Below, piece after piece: positions 23,573 to 36,659 of a stretch of DNA of 64,000 bases. Origin of the DNA: Malacoraja senta (lineage: Eukaryota). Under the pieces are notes generated by a model, which saw only the letters and a program-made list of their open reading frames with translations, did not search any database and was not told the DNA's origin. Every line of letters starts with the position of its first letter. The first letter of the stretch is position 1. The position numbers were made by a program, and so were the translations under genes. Where the stretch lies: NCBI GenBank assembly GCA_038087875.1, contig CM075989.1:17980001-18044000 (forward strand), in the 5' to 3' direction.

Positions 23573-26500
23573 ATTGTTCCTGTCCACTCCACATTAGCTG
23601 TGGGGAGAGCTGGTCTGTCCAAAACATGCAGTCAGGGCAGACTCGTGCCCCCTTCCTCCACATCCGCTCACCTTGTTTGCTGCTGCCCTCTTCCACTGGC
23701 ACAGTGGAGCAAGCCACTGCTTCACAGCGCCAGAGGCCCAGGTTCGATCCTGACCTCGGGTGATGCCTGAATTTGCACATTTTCCCTGTGACCATGAGGG
23801 TTCCCTCCGGGTGCTCCGGTTTCTTCCCGCGTATTGTTTGTGGGTTAATTGATCTCTGTATAAATTGTCCTGAATGTGTAGGGAGTGAATGAGAACGTGG
23901 GATAATATAGAACTAATGTGAACTGGTGATCGATGGTTAGCGTGAACTCGGTGGTACAAAGGGGATGCTCCAATGTAGAAACAAAGAACTGTAGATGCTT
24001 GTTAATACACAAAGTGTTGGAGTAAGTCAGCTTGTCAGGCAGCATCCCTGGGGAATGTGGATAGGTGACGTTTCAGGTCAAGATTCTCTGTTTCCATGCT
24101 GTATTTTTAAAGTAAACTGTTTAATCCTGCAAGATATGGATCCTTCGGGTCTTTGGTTAAAAGATCTGCTTGCAAGGATCTCCACACTGGGCTGTAGCCG
24201 CAGGAAAGCAGAGTGTGAGCAACCAGTTGGCCCGACAATGACTGAGGAAAGGTTTCAGCTTGTGGCCATACTCGGTCAATCTGGAGAGAATGTCCTGGTT
24301 GGACTGGACAAAGCTGAGACGTAAATAGTGGCTGGAGTTTGAAACATCACCAAGATGCACGTTGATCCCATCCCCCTGGCGGCGACTGAAGGGTTGTGAG
24401 GAAACTGCTGGTGTAGGGCGGCACGGTGGCGCAGCAGTAGAGTCGCTGCCTTGCAGCACCAGGGACCCGGGTTCGATCCTGACTACGGGTGCTGGTCTGG
24501 GCGGATTTTGGATGTTCTCCATGTGACCTGCGTGGGTTCTCTCCGGGTGCTGCGGTTTCTTCCCACACGCCAAAGACGTTGGCTTCTGTAAATTGTAAGT
24601 TGTCCCAAGTGTGTGGGATAGTGCTAGTGTATGAGGTGATCGCTGGCCGGCGTGGACCCGGTGGGCCGCTGTAGGTCAAAAATAAATCAGAGTAGAGATG
24701 GTGAGAGCAGTCCTGCCCATAGCAAAGAGTGTTTATTTGTCACATGTACCAGCAATGCAACCATGGAATCTTACTTGCTGCAGCTTTATCAGCCCCCATT
24801 AACGCAATAACACAGAGATAAATATATAATTAATGACACATTAAATTAAATCATTAACACTAGCTAACCATAATAGTGCCAAACTAAAGTCCAGAGAAGA
24901 TAGATACAAAGTGCTGGAGCAACTCAGCGGGCCAGGCAGCATCTCTGGAGAAAAAGGATGGGTGACATTTCAGCTCGGGTCTCTTCTTCAGACTGATTTC
25001 AGAGAGAAGAATTTAGTTGCTGAGGTAGGATTGCGGTTTGGGCTGTGTTGTTGTTCGAAAGCCCGATAGTACTGGGAAGAAATTGTTCTTGAACCTGAAC
25101 TAAGCACAGAGATGTTGCCACCCAGAGTGTGACTCGTCTTCTTAATCAGTAACATGCTAAGGGTTTTCTCCACAGGTGTCCTTGTTTGTGTGAAAACTTC
25201 ATTTTATTTTGAAAGATTTAATATTTTATGAGCACAAATTAAACAGTTTGGCATGGAGCATTTTATTTGCAGTAACATTTAAGAAGTGAGTGTACTTATT
25301 GAAGCCAGCGCTGTGGTGAAGTAACATGAACTCGAAGTAGCGGGCTGCGTTATGTGAGTCCTCTCTTGTCTCTTTGACAGCTCGGTACTTAATTATCAAA
25401 CTAAATGCCCTGAGGGTTCTTTAGATGCATGAAACGGTGCAGTCTCAACTTTTTTAATAACGTGTCACTCACCATGAAGTCTCTTTTTGAAATATTTGCA
25501 TTATTGAGTTTTCAAAGAATTGCACAGCTGTACATTTAACAACCAATAAACATCATATGTCCAAATTGGGTGTGACAGGTATCCGAGGATACAGATTGTT
25601 GGACAAATTAATGATAGAGAGAGCGAGAGCGAGAGAGAGAGAGCGAGAGAGAGACAATAGACAATAGGTGCAGGAGTAGGCCATTCTTGGCTGATCATCC
25701 CCAATCAGTACCCCGTTCCTGCCTTCTCCCCATATCCCCTGACTCCGCTATTTTTAAGAGCCCTATCTAGCTCTCTCTTGAAAGCATCCAGAGAACCGGC
25801 CTCCACCGCCCTCTGAGGAAGAGAATTCCACAGAGAGAGCGAGAGAGAGAGAGAGAGAGAGCAAGTGAGTGTGAGTGTGAGTACACCTCTAGAATCAGGG
25901 ACAGTTTCTTCCCAGCTGTTATCAGGCAACTGAACCATCCTACCACAACTAGAGAACAGTCCTGAACTACTATCTGCCTCATTGGTGACTCTCGGACTAT
26001 CTTTGATCGGACTTTACTGGCTTAATCTTGCTCTAAACATTATTCCCTTATAATGATTCTGTACACAGTGAATGGCTCGATTGTGATCAAACTGCCTAGG
26101 TGTTGGTTGTTGTTGTCATCCATTCAGCGGGGTGTACACGTATTGATGATGGTAGAGTCGAGAGATACAGTGTGGAAACAGACCCTTCAGCCCACCAAGT
26201 GCACGCCGACCTTAAATCATCCATACACTAGTTTTATGTTATTTTACCGAAGCCAATTAACCAACAACCTGCACGGCTTTGGGATGCTGGAGGAAACCCA
26301 CATGTTCACAGGGAGAAAGTATAAACTCCTTACAAGTACCACCCGTAGTCAGGGTCGAACCCGGGTCTCTGGCACTGTGAGGCAGCAGCTCTACCAGCTG
26401 CGTCAACATGCGCCCACGTAGAGTCTGTCCTTAAAGAAAATCACCAATTGAGATATGCGTAGGAAGGAACTGTTGATGCTTGAGGGATTGGACAGGCTAG

Positions 26501-26975
26501 ATGCAGGAAAAATGTTCCCCATGTTGGGGGAGACCACAACCAGAGGGTCACGGTTGAAGAATAAGGGGTAGGCCATTTAGGACTGAGATGTGGATAAACC
26601 TTTTCACCCAGAGAGTTGTGAATCTATGGCAATCTGTGCCATAGGAGGCAGTGGAAGCCAAATCACTGGATGTTTTTAAGAGAGTTAGATTTCGCTCTTC
26701 GGGCTAACGGAATCGAGGGCTATGGGGAGAAAGCAGGAACGGGGTACTGGTTTTGGATGATCAGCGATAATCATATTGATTGGTGGTGCTGGTTCGAAGG
26801 GCCAAATGGCCTACTCCTGCACCTATTTTCCATGTTTCTATGCTGGTTCACACCGAAGATGGGTACAAAATGCTGGAGTAACTCAACAGGAGTATATAGG
26901 AGTATACAGCATCTCTGGAGATAAGGAATGGGTGATGTTTTGGGTCAAGACCCTTTTTCAGACTGCGCTATGTCC

Positions 26976-27098
26976 CCTTATTAATTATGACAGGTATTGG
27001 GGCTGGCTTGGCTGGCCTTATTGATTATGGCAGGTATTGGGGCTGGCTTGGCTGGCCTTATTGATTATGGCAGGTATTGGGGCTGGCTTGGCTGGCCT
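26976..27098. repeat. 40-bp minisatellite, 3 copies
   Basis: Unit ccttattgattatggcaggtattggggctggcttggctgg at 26976, 27016 and 27056. Confidence 0.9.
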
Positions 27099-27512
27099 GA
27101 TGAGTAGCACCATGCCAGAGACTGACTCAGTAGCTCTTTGCCACGTACAGTTTGTCCTTTCCCCAATTGCAAGTTGCAACTTGGGAGATGTGAAGTCAAA
27201 CAAAGTGCTGCACCTCTGGAAAGAAAGAGAGGCAGGGGAAACGGTTGTTTTGGTTGGCAACGATATTTAATTAGTTTAATGAGCAAAGTCAGAGGATTTG
27301 CTTCAGAAACATGTGTCAACATCTTCCTGAGGCATCCCACCCTTAATTGTGATAACACCATGGAAATTGGCCAGCAGCATCTCCAGACATGCTTCATCCT
27401 CTTCACTACTAAGATTAGTCCTGCAGCACAGAAACGGGTCCTTCGTCCCAACTCATTATTCCAACCCCCATGTAGTTCATAGAGCATATTTGGGTTTAAT
27501 AGTTATAAGGTC

Positions 27513-28300
27513 AATAGACAATAGACAATAGGTGCAGGAGTAGGCCATTCGGCCCTTCGAGCCAGCGCCGCCATTCAATGTGATCATGGCTGATCATCCC
27601 CAATCAGTACCCCGTTCCTGCCTTCTCCCCATATCCCCTGACTCCGCTATCTTTAAGAGCCCTATCCAGCTCTCTCTTGAAAGCATCCAGAGAACCGGCC
27701 TCCACCGCCCTCTGAGGCAGAGAGTTCCACACACTCACAACTCTCTGTGAGAAAAAGTGTTTCCTCGTCTCCGTTCTAAATGGCTTACCCCTTATTCTTA
27801 AACTGTGGCCCTGAGGTCATAAGTAATAGGAGTAGAATTAGGCCATTCGGCCCATCAAGTCTAATCCACCATTCAATTCTGGCTGATCTATCTCTCCCTC
27901 CTAACCCCATTCTCCTGCCTTCTCCCCATAACCACTGACACCCACACTAATTAAGAATCTATCTCTGCCTTAAAAATATCCACTGATGGCAAAGAATTCC
28001 ACAGATTCACCACCCTCCGACTGAAGAAATTTCTCCTCATTTCCTTCCTAAAAGAATGTCCTTTAATTCTGAGGTTATGACCTCTATTCCCAGACTCTCC
28101 CACTAGTGGAAACATCCTCTCCACATCCACTCTATCCAAGCCTTTCACTATTCTGTACGTTTCAATGAAGTCCCCCCCTCATTCTTCTAAACTCCAGCGA
28201 GTACAGGCCCAGTGCCAACAAACGCTCATCATAGGTTAACCTGCTCATTCCTGGGATCATTCTTGTAAACCTCCTCTGGACCCTCTCCCGTGCCAGCACA
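27513..28300 (-). mobile_element. Two stacked CR1 3' fragments
   Basis: ERVQRRFTRMIPGM..LGLYSLEFRRMRG and MKGLDRVDVERMFPLVGE, with two separate tails. Confidence 0.88.
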
Positions 28301-28304
28301 TCCA

Positions 28305-28600
28305 GCCTGGTTGTTGGGAAGAAGCTACTCCTGAACATGGATATTGCAGATTTCAGGCTCCTGTGCATTCTTCCTGATGGCTGGGGTGAAAGGAGAGCAT
28401 GGCCAGGGTGGTGTGGGCCTCTGACTATGTTGGTTGCATTTTTTGAGGCAGCGACTCCGGTAGATCCCTCCGATGGTGGGGAGATCAGTACCCGTGATGG
28501 ACTGGGCAGTGTTCACCACTTTTTGCAATCTCCTTCATTCCCTGGTGCTCGAGTTAGGCCGAACCAGGCGGTGATACAACCAGTCAACATGCTCTCCACC
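28305..28600 (-). mobile_element. Rex1/Babar-type LINE fragment
   Basis: LQKVVNTAQSITGTDLPTI.GIYRSRCLKK. Confidence 0.8.
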
Positions 28601-29566
28601 TGTCGAAGTCCACGAGAGCAACAGAGTGTAGAATGTAGTGTTATAGCCACAGAGAAAGCATAGATTAAAATGTAATGCAAGGCTACCACGAGGTGGATTG
28701 GGTAATCAGGACGACATCCTCAACATATGAGAGGCGTGTTCAAGAGTTTGACAAGTAGCCATTCCTGCGTGCGGCAGTAGATGCTTTGAAGATTTTGTCT
28801 CTTCTGTCTGATGGGAAAGGGAGGAAGAGGGAATAACTGGGGTGATGGTGCTCCTTGATTCCTGAGGCTCGTGAAAGACCGGGCAGAATGGTGGGTCAGC
28901 GGTAGAGTTGTTGCCTTACAGCGCCAGACACCCCTGTTCGATCCTGGCTATGGCAGCTTGTCTGTATGGAGTACGTATGTTCCCCCCGTGGGTTTTCCCC
29001 AGGAGCTCTGGTTTCATCCCACACCCCAAAGACGAACAGGTTTGTTGGTTAACTGCCGAGGTAAAAGTGGAAATTGTCCCTAGTGTGTGTGTAGGTTAGT
29101 GCTTGTGTGCGGGGATCACTGGTCGGTGTGGACTCGGTGGGCCGAAGGGCCTGTTTCCATGGTGTATCTCAAAACTAAACAGGATGATTGGAGAGGAGTG
29201 AGTGTAGTGTGCGTGATAGATTGGGCTACATCAACAACTCTCTACAATTTGCTGCGGCCTTGGGATGAGCAGCTGCCACACCAAGCTGTGATCCATCTGG
29301 ATAGGATGCTTTCTGTGGTGCATCTGTGGAGGTTGGTAAGCATTGTTGGCGATATGTCGAATTTCCTTTCTCCTCAGTGGAAGTAGAGGCGTTGGTCTGC
29401 TTGTCTGGCTTTAGCTGAGAGTTAGATCCAGCAATTGATCTGAGTCATGCTTCATAATTAAATGTTGTTATTGTACCTGCCTGAACTATTTCCTCTGGCA
29501 ACTCGTTCCATATACCCATGTGAATAACGTTGCCCCTTGTGCTCCTATTAAATCTTTTCCCTCCCA

Positions 29567-30035
29567 CCATCCCGGGATGGCGGGACTGTCATATGCTGAG
29601 AGAATGGAGTGGCTGGGCTTGTACACTCTGGAGTTTAGAAGGATGAGAGGGATTCTCATTGAAACATACAAGATTGTTAAGGGTTTGGACACGCTAGAGG
29701 CAGGAAACATGTTCCCGATGTTGGGGGAGTCCAGAACCAGGGGCCACAGTTTAAGAATAAGGAGTAAGCCATTTATAACGGAGACGAGGAAACACTTTTT
29801 CTCACAGAGAGTTGTGAGTCTGTGGAATTGTCTGCCTCAGAGGGCGGTGGAGGCCGGTTCTCTGGATACTTTCAAGAGAGAGCTAGATAGGGCTAAAGAT
29901 AGCGGAGTCAGGGGATATGGGGAGAAGGCAGGAACGGGGTACTGATTGGGGATGATCAGCCATGATCACATTGAATGGCGGTGCTGGCTCGAAGGGCCGA
30001 ATGGCCTACTCCTGCATCTATTGTCTATTGTCTAT
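29567..30035 (+). mobile_element. CR1 3' fragment, young
   Basis: Open frame PGMAGLSYAER..LGLYTLEFRRMRG..GYGEKAGTGY* and a tail ending (ctattgt)2. Confidence 0.9.
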
Positions 30036-30809
30036 AATCTATAAACCTATGCCCTCTGGTTCTTGATTCCCCTACTCTGGGTCAGAGACTTTGTGCATTC
30101 ACCCTGTCTATTAACCTCATGATTTGACATACCTCTATAAGATCACCCCCTCAGCCGTGCTCCAAGGACCAAAGTCTTAGTCTGCCCGACCTCTCCCGAC
30201 AGTTCGTGCCTTCAATTCCTGGTAACATCACCGTAAATCTTCTCTGCACTCTTCCCAACTTAGTAACCTCCAAGCTACAGCAGAATGACTGAAATTGAAA
30301 CGCAATACTGCAAATGCTGTCTCACCAAATTCTCTTGTCCGACTGATCATTTTCCATTGATGCTGATTGAGGATGATTACCGTGTGAGAGACGGGGATAT
30401 CTCTCACAGTTCCCGCTGTGGGGTAGTTTGTCGCCTCTTGGGAGACCGGGGTAGCCTGAGATGCACATTTACCTGAATGACCTAATTAGAGGAGAGAGCT
30501 CCAGGAAGCAGGGATCATGGTCTGATCAAATCTTATAGCATTTTTTCCTTGGTTTGATGCGGAGAGGAATGGGTCGGAGAATGGGACTTCAATAAGGGCA
30601 ATTGTGAGCATTTGACAGCAGAGTGAATTGGCAACTTTTCTTTCTCTTGTTTAGTTTAGTTTAGTTTAGAGATACAGCGTGGAAACAGGCCCTTCGGCCC
30701 ACCGGGTCCGTGCCGACCAGCGATCCCCACACACTAACACTATCCTACACACACTAGGGACAATTTTTACATTTATCAAACCAATGATTTGACATACCTC
30801 TATAAGATC

Positions 30810-31640
30810 CGGAAGTGGCGGTGCTGTTGCACAGCTGCGGCTCGCCTGCAGTCCGTCTGTTTTTACTTTTTGTTGTTGTTTCATTTGTCCTGTTTTAGTT
30901 AAATTTTAGTTTATTGGGTTGTGTATGTGTGGGGTGGGGGGTGAAACATGATTTTTGTCTCTTCCTTCGGGGGAATGCGACTTTTTCTTGTCGTATCCCC
31001 CTTCTCTGCCTCCGTCTGCGCTGAGGCCAAAATGGCGGAGCTGCCGGCCTCCAACTCCAACCGCGACCGACCGACCTCGAGGCTCCGGAGGCAGAGCCAG
31101 GACTTACCAGCGCGGGGCTGGCCGGCTTCGGGGCTGCGGTGGCGTTCCGGCGGTGGCGTCCGAGGACGCTGGTGGCGACCTGAGTCCGGAGGCTCGGCCG
31201 CGGGCCCGGTGGACGACATCGTCGGGAGCTCGCAGGTCACAGGTGGGTGACCTGTTTTTCTGGGGCTCCCGCAACTACAGCTGCGTCCGCTGGACTAGAG
31301 GGCGGCAGCTTCGGCCACCCCGGGCCGCGGAGTTTGAACCGGCCCGTCGCGGACGGAGCACGGATTCAGCCGCGGGACTGACTTACCATCACCCGGCGGG
31401 GTCACAACGTCAGAAGCCTGGATCGCCTCAGCGCAGAGGGAGAACAAAGAGGGAAGAGACAGAGACTTTAAGACTTTTGCCTCCATCACAGTGAGGAGGT
31501 GCCTGGTGAACTCACTGTAGTGGATGTTAATTTGTGTTTATTGTGTGTTTTGTTATTTATTATATGTATGACTGCAGGCAACGAAGTTTCGTTCAGACCG
31601 AAAGGTCTGAATGACAATAAAGGAATCTAAGTCTAAGTCT
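30810..31640 (+). mobile_element. GC/CpG-rich non-autonomous retroposon inserted into a minus-strand V-SINE
   Basis: Splits the SINE (30650-30785 and 31641-31790) with a CAAT duplication. Its 3' end has a perfect hairpin TTCAGACC-GAAA-GGTCTGAA, then TGACAATAAA and (ctaagt)n. Confidence 0.75.
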
Positions 31641-33734
31641 CAATTTACCTACATACCTGTACATCTTTGGAGTGTGGGAGGGGAGATCATACAAACTCCG
31701 TAAACAAAAGCACCCGTAGTCGGGATCGATCCCGGGTTCTCCGGCGATGCAAGCGCTGTAAGGCAGCAACTCCACCACTGCGCCACCGTGACGACCTACT
31801 TGTTGAGTTTATGATATTGTTTACAGTGTACCATGTTTACATATTCTGTCGTGCTGCAGCAAGTAAGAATTTCATTGTCCTATCTGGGACAACTGAGAAT
31901 ACACACCCTTGACTCGAGTTAGGTTACAAAATCTGTCAATGGGATTGTAGTGTGAGGTATTGATTGGGGTCTGTTTGGAACCCTTGGAATAGATACATTC
32001 CAGGCAGAGGTCTCATTGTCTGTGGGTAATTAAGGTTAGAAGACAGGGTCGAACTTGAAGCGAAAGCATGTAATTGTACAAGGGTGAGTGGCAGTCAGAA
32101 GATTTGTCCGGCTATTGAGATAGGTTGAGCAGGCTAGGACTTCATTCCTTGGAGAGGCCTTAAATGAGGCCTGATCATGAGGGGAATAGATAGTGTGAAT
32201 ACACAGAGACTTTGCCCAGGGTAGCGGAATCAAGAACCAGAGGACATAAGGTTAAGGTGAGAGGGAAAGGATTTAATAGGAACCCGAGGAGCATTTTTTT
32301 CACAGAGAGGTTAGCGGGTATATGGGACGAGCTGCCTGAGGAGGTTGTTGAGGCAGTGCAATAGCACCATATAAAAACACTTGGATAGATACATGGATGG
32401 GAAAGACTTAGAGGAATATGCGCCAAATGTGGGTAAATGGGACAAGTTTAGATGGGGCATCTTGGTCACAATAGGTGAGAATTTGTCGAGCTCTGAAATC
32501 CAGAGCGATCTGAGTACTCGTTGGTGAATAGCCAAAGGGCTAGTACGCAGGCAGAGCAAGTAACAGGGAAGCTGAAAGAATGCTATTGTCCATCACTAAG
32601 GGTATTGGATACTGATGTAGGGTGGTCATGCTTCAGTTACTGGGACATTGGAGAGACCACACCTGGAATAATGCGCGCAGTATTTGTCTCTATGTATAAG
32701 GAAAGAGGTTCATGAACTCGCAGACAGACGCTCAGGACAGATTTACGTGACTGATGCGGCAAGAAGAGACGTGTATGTATGTACTGTAGTTTAGAAGAAT
32801 GAGACCAGTCAATTGAAGGGCATCAGGCCCTATGTGGTGCAAGACACTAAATGCTGAGTAACTCAGCAGGTCAGACATCATCATTGGAGAAAGGGAATAG
32901 GTGACGTTTCGGGTCAAGACCCTTCTTTAGACTTCTTAGTGGTGTTGCCCGGACAGATTGGGAAGTCAGTTTCTTCGTGGAAGATATGACACGACGGAGC
33001 AGCGAGGGCAGCACAGTGGCGCAGCGGTAGAGTTGCGGCCTTACAGCGGCAGAGACCTGGGTTCAATCCTGACTACGGGTACTATCTGTATGGAGTTTAT
33101 ACGCTGTATCTCTAAAGTCCCAAGAATCTAAAACAACAGGTTACAATATTAATAAGAAATTGTCCATTTAAGACTGAGATGCAGTTATTTTTCCTGAGGA
33201 ATATCAATGAAACAAAAAATACGAGGGATTGTCAAAGGCTGGTGGAGGCTGCGTCTCTGAACGTATTTCAATAGAAAATGTAGACAACATCAATTGTTGA
33301 CGAGTTCTCATGTAAATCTGGAGTTCAAAATAGGAAGCATAGCCCTGGGTTCAGTTAGACTGATGTTAGAAGACAAATCACAACGCTGTAACTGGGCGAA
33401 AGTTAATAAGGTTCTGATGTTGGGTATCACGTTACAGAGAAGGGGCCAACGCAGGAAACTGGAGACATGGTCTCTGGAATCATCCTCGAAGGAAACATTT
33501 TCCAGAGACTTTCCCTTATAGGATAGAGCCGAGAGTGAGTTTAATAGAAAGCTCTTTCTGTATCAGCTCAAGGGCCGCAGTGCCCCCACGCCCTCTCTCT
33601 GCTCCACCATCCGCGATTCTCTGCCTCACTGAAATGAGTTTCAGTTCATCGGTTCCAAAGCTTTTCTTAACCATATCTATTTCTTTCGTGTTTGGCGTGA
33701 TGAATATAGACGTTTGTACAATTAAATTCAACTT

Positions 33735-33926
33735 AATGTGTAGGAAGGAACTGCAGATGCTGGTTTAAACTGAAGATAGACAAAAAAGGCTGGAGTATCT
33801 CAGCGGGTCAGGCTGCATCTCTGGAGAGAAGGCCTGAAGAAGGGTCTCGACCCGAAACGTCACCTATTCCTTTTCTCAAGAGGTGCTGTCTGACCCGCTG
33901 AATTACTCAGCATTTTGTGGTCCATC
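33735..33926. mobile_element. Fold-back Penelope end module
   Basis: TSD TTAAATTCAACTT (33722-33734) / TTAAATTTAACTT (33927-33939). Confidence 0.82.
33834..33861 (+). ncRNA. Minimal type-I hammerhead ribozyme core, intact copy
   Basis: CTGAAGA-A-GGGT(ctcg)ACCC-GAAAC-GTC. Confidence 0.65.
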
Positions 33927-34955
33927 TTAAATTTAACTTGGGATGGAGGTGGCTTTCTCTTCATTTGCTTTCAACAAGGAGAGCAAACCTTGTGCTGTTG
34001 GATTTTTTTTTTTTTTATCGAGGCAATTTCCTCCATTTCCAGGAAAGGGAACAGCATGCATTATAGCGGTAGAGTGGCTGCATTACAGTGCCAGAGACCC
34101 GGATTCCATCCTGACCGCTTGGTGGTGTCTGTATGGAGTTTGTACGTTCTCCTGTGACCACGTGGGTTATCTCCGGGTGCTCAGGTTTCTTCCCACACTC
34201 CAAAAGACATGCAGGTTAAATGGCTCCAGGAAAAAAATGTAAATCTCCCCTCGTGTGTGTGTGTGTGGGATAGTATTAGTACAAGGGGTGATCGCTGGTG
34301 GGCGCGGACTCGGTGGGCCGAAGAGCCTGTTTCTGCGCTGTATCTCTAAAGCCCAAGGTAACGTAAGCGCGACTTTTTAGTGCGAGGGTGACTTACTTTG
34401 CATGTAGAATCTCTGCCATCTTTACAGTGTCAAGAAGGGTGCAGTTATATTAAAACACCTTTCATATCTTTCTCGGGTCTATAGTAAAGAACATCTTTTG
34501 TCCAGGATAGATGCATTACATGAACAATTTCTAATAGATTGGAGTAAAGTTTTTAAAAGGGTTCTCCGAAAACACCAGATTTGTTGCCCAGATATATGTC
34601 TCGACATTGTCATTGGTCAGGACATTGAGTCTAAGAGTCAGGATGCGACTATACAGGACTTTGGTCAGGCCAGGTCACGTTCGGGATATTGTGTGCAGAT
34701 CTGGTCGCCCCCATTACAGGAAGGACATGGAGACTTTGGAGAGAGTGCAGAAATTATTTACCAGAATGCTGCATTGATTCGAACGTTTTAACTATAACGA
34801 GAGGTTGGCCAAATTTGGATTGTTTTTATCTGAAGCCTTTGAGGCAGATGGGGGAACCTGATAGAAATATGTAAAATTATTGGGCATAGGTACGGTAGAC
34901 AGTTAGAATTTTTATCTCAGGGCGGGAATGTCAAAGACCGGAGGGCACAGTTTAA

Positions 34956-35276
34956 AACCCCTGTCCCACGGTACGAGTTCATTCCAAGAGTTCTCCCGAG
35001 TTTGCCCTGATTCGAACTCGGAGATTTACGGTAATGGCCACTCGTCGGTACTCGGGGCTCTCGTGGACATTTTTCATCATGTTGAAAAATCTTCACGTGT
35101 CTTCCCGCGCTTACCCGTCGTTAGCAAGTCTTCCCGAGTACGTACCGTTAGCGCTAAGAGACGTCCCCGAGCTCTGACGTACCCGCTACGTTCATTCTCC
35201 ATGCTTACCACGAGTTTGATTTTTTAAAAACTCGGGAGAGCTCTTGGAATGAACTCGTACCGTGAGACAGGGCCCT
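34956..35276. mobile_element. PIF/Harbinger-like MITE nested in CR1
   Basis: About 45-bp TIRs (CCTGTCCCACGGTACGAGTTCATTCCAAGAG...); TAA at 34953-34955 and 35277-35279; the CR1 motif cacagtt-taa-ggtg is split at the insertion. Confidence 0.85.
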
Positions 35277-35620
35277 TAAGGTGTGAGGGACAAAGTTTAA
35301 AGGAGATGTGCGGGATAATTATATTACATAGAAAGTGCCTGGAACACACTGCCACAAAGTTGTACTTACTTTCCTTTAGACTTTGGAGATACATTGCAGC
35401 AACAGGCCCTTCGGCCCATCGAGCCCGTGCCGACCACTGCCAGGGGTGGTGGTGAAGACAGATATGATAGTGGCACTTAAGAGGCTTTTGGATAGGCACA
35501 TGGATATGCAAGGATTGGAGGGATATGGATCACGTGCAGGCAGATTAGATTAGTTTAACTTGGCATCGTGTTCGAAGTGGACATTGTGGGCCGAAGGGCC
35601 TGTTCCTGTGCTGTTCTACG

Positions 35621-35827
35621 TGCAGGAAAGAACTGCAGATGCTGGTTTAAATGGAAGATAGACACAAAGTGCTGGAGTAACTCAACGGGACAGGCAGCAT
35701 CTCTGGAGAGAAGGAATAGGTGACGTTTCGGGTCGAAGAAGGGTCTCGACCCGAAACGTCACCCATTCCTTCTCTCCAGAGATGCTGCCCGTCCCGCTGA
35801 GTTACTCCAGCATTTTGCGTCCATCTT
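35621..35827. mobile_element. Fold-back Penelope end module
   Basis: Near-perfect inverted arms hinged at gtttcgggtcgaagaagggtctcgacccgaaac; TSD CTGTGCTGTTCTACG (35606-35620) / CTGTACTGTTCTACG (35828-35842). Confidence 0.85.
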
Positions 35828-36659
35828 CTGTACTGTTCTACGTTCTACGTCTGCCTTCTGGAAAACAAATACTGCAAGTACAGAAAGTCAATCTATTTAA
35901 AAAAAAACTGATTTATTTGTTGAAAGGGACAGTTAGTACTAGTGCGAGATAGTTTGAAACATTGCCATTTTAAAAGGGTTAAGAGATTAGCGCTGGAGCG
36001 CAATTTAAATAGAAGCTACACTAATAATTAAAATTTGCTGTGAAATTTAATTCTCCAATCCTGGTATTTGCTCAGGTTTAGGAACATAATGAAATCTAAA
36101 TTGCCTCTGTCTCTGGGGAGAGGTACACGATTGAGGAAGGACAAAGAGCTTTTCCTGTTGCTTAATGTTGTACAGATAACGGAATTGTGATGGGTTATTT
36201 AGCATGGCGTGTAAATACAATGCAGCATGTGTCTATAGGGGGACACAGCCTGCCTGGACAATAGCGCTGGCAGATAATTCAATTACTGAGGCACCCCATT
36301 TACACAGGACACCTTCTTGAGCACATCGCACCAACTCACGCTTTGTATTGTGAAGATGAAATCTGGGACGGGAGAAACCCAATGAGTGTGTTTCATTTTT
36401 TTAAACAGCATTGCGGTGAATTCTGTCAAAATTCTCCATCCTACATATTAGTTTAAATTCTTTCAGGGGATGATCCCACGGGCCCCGGTCTCTGCTTTGC
36501 CTGTATTTTGTTGTCAGAAGCAGACACAACGGTGATAAATCCATTTGGATTATAGCCATCCCTCTCTTTAGGAAAACACAGTGCTCTTCTCTGCAACCCA
36601 GCGCGTGATTCAATAGACTCGTCCAAATCCTTCAGTCCAGTCAAACAGGCTTCATTTTA

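Noticed and set aside
30955-31494. 179-aa Arg/Gly-rich ORF and apparent CpG-island promoter
   Set aside because: Inside an insertion that splits a SINE; the open frames are explained by high GC.
33516-33768. Small ORFs considered as cortexin (CTXN2), a usual SLC24A5 neighbour
   Set aside because: No cortexin motif, and CTXN2 is expected on the 3' side of SLC24A5.
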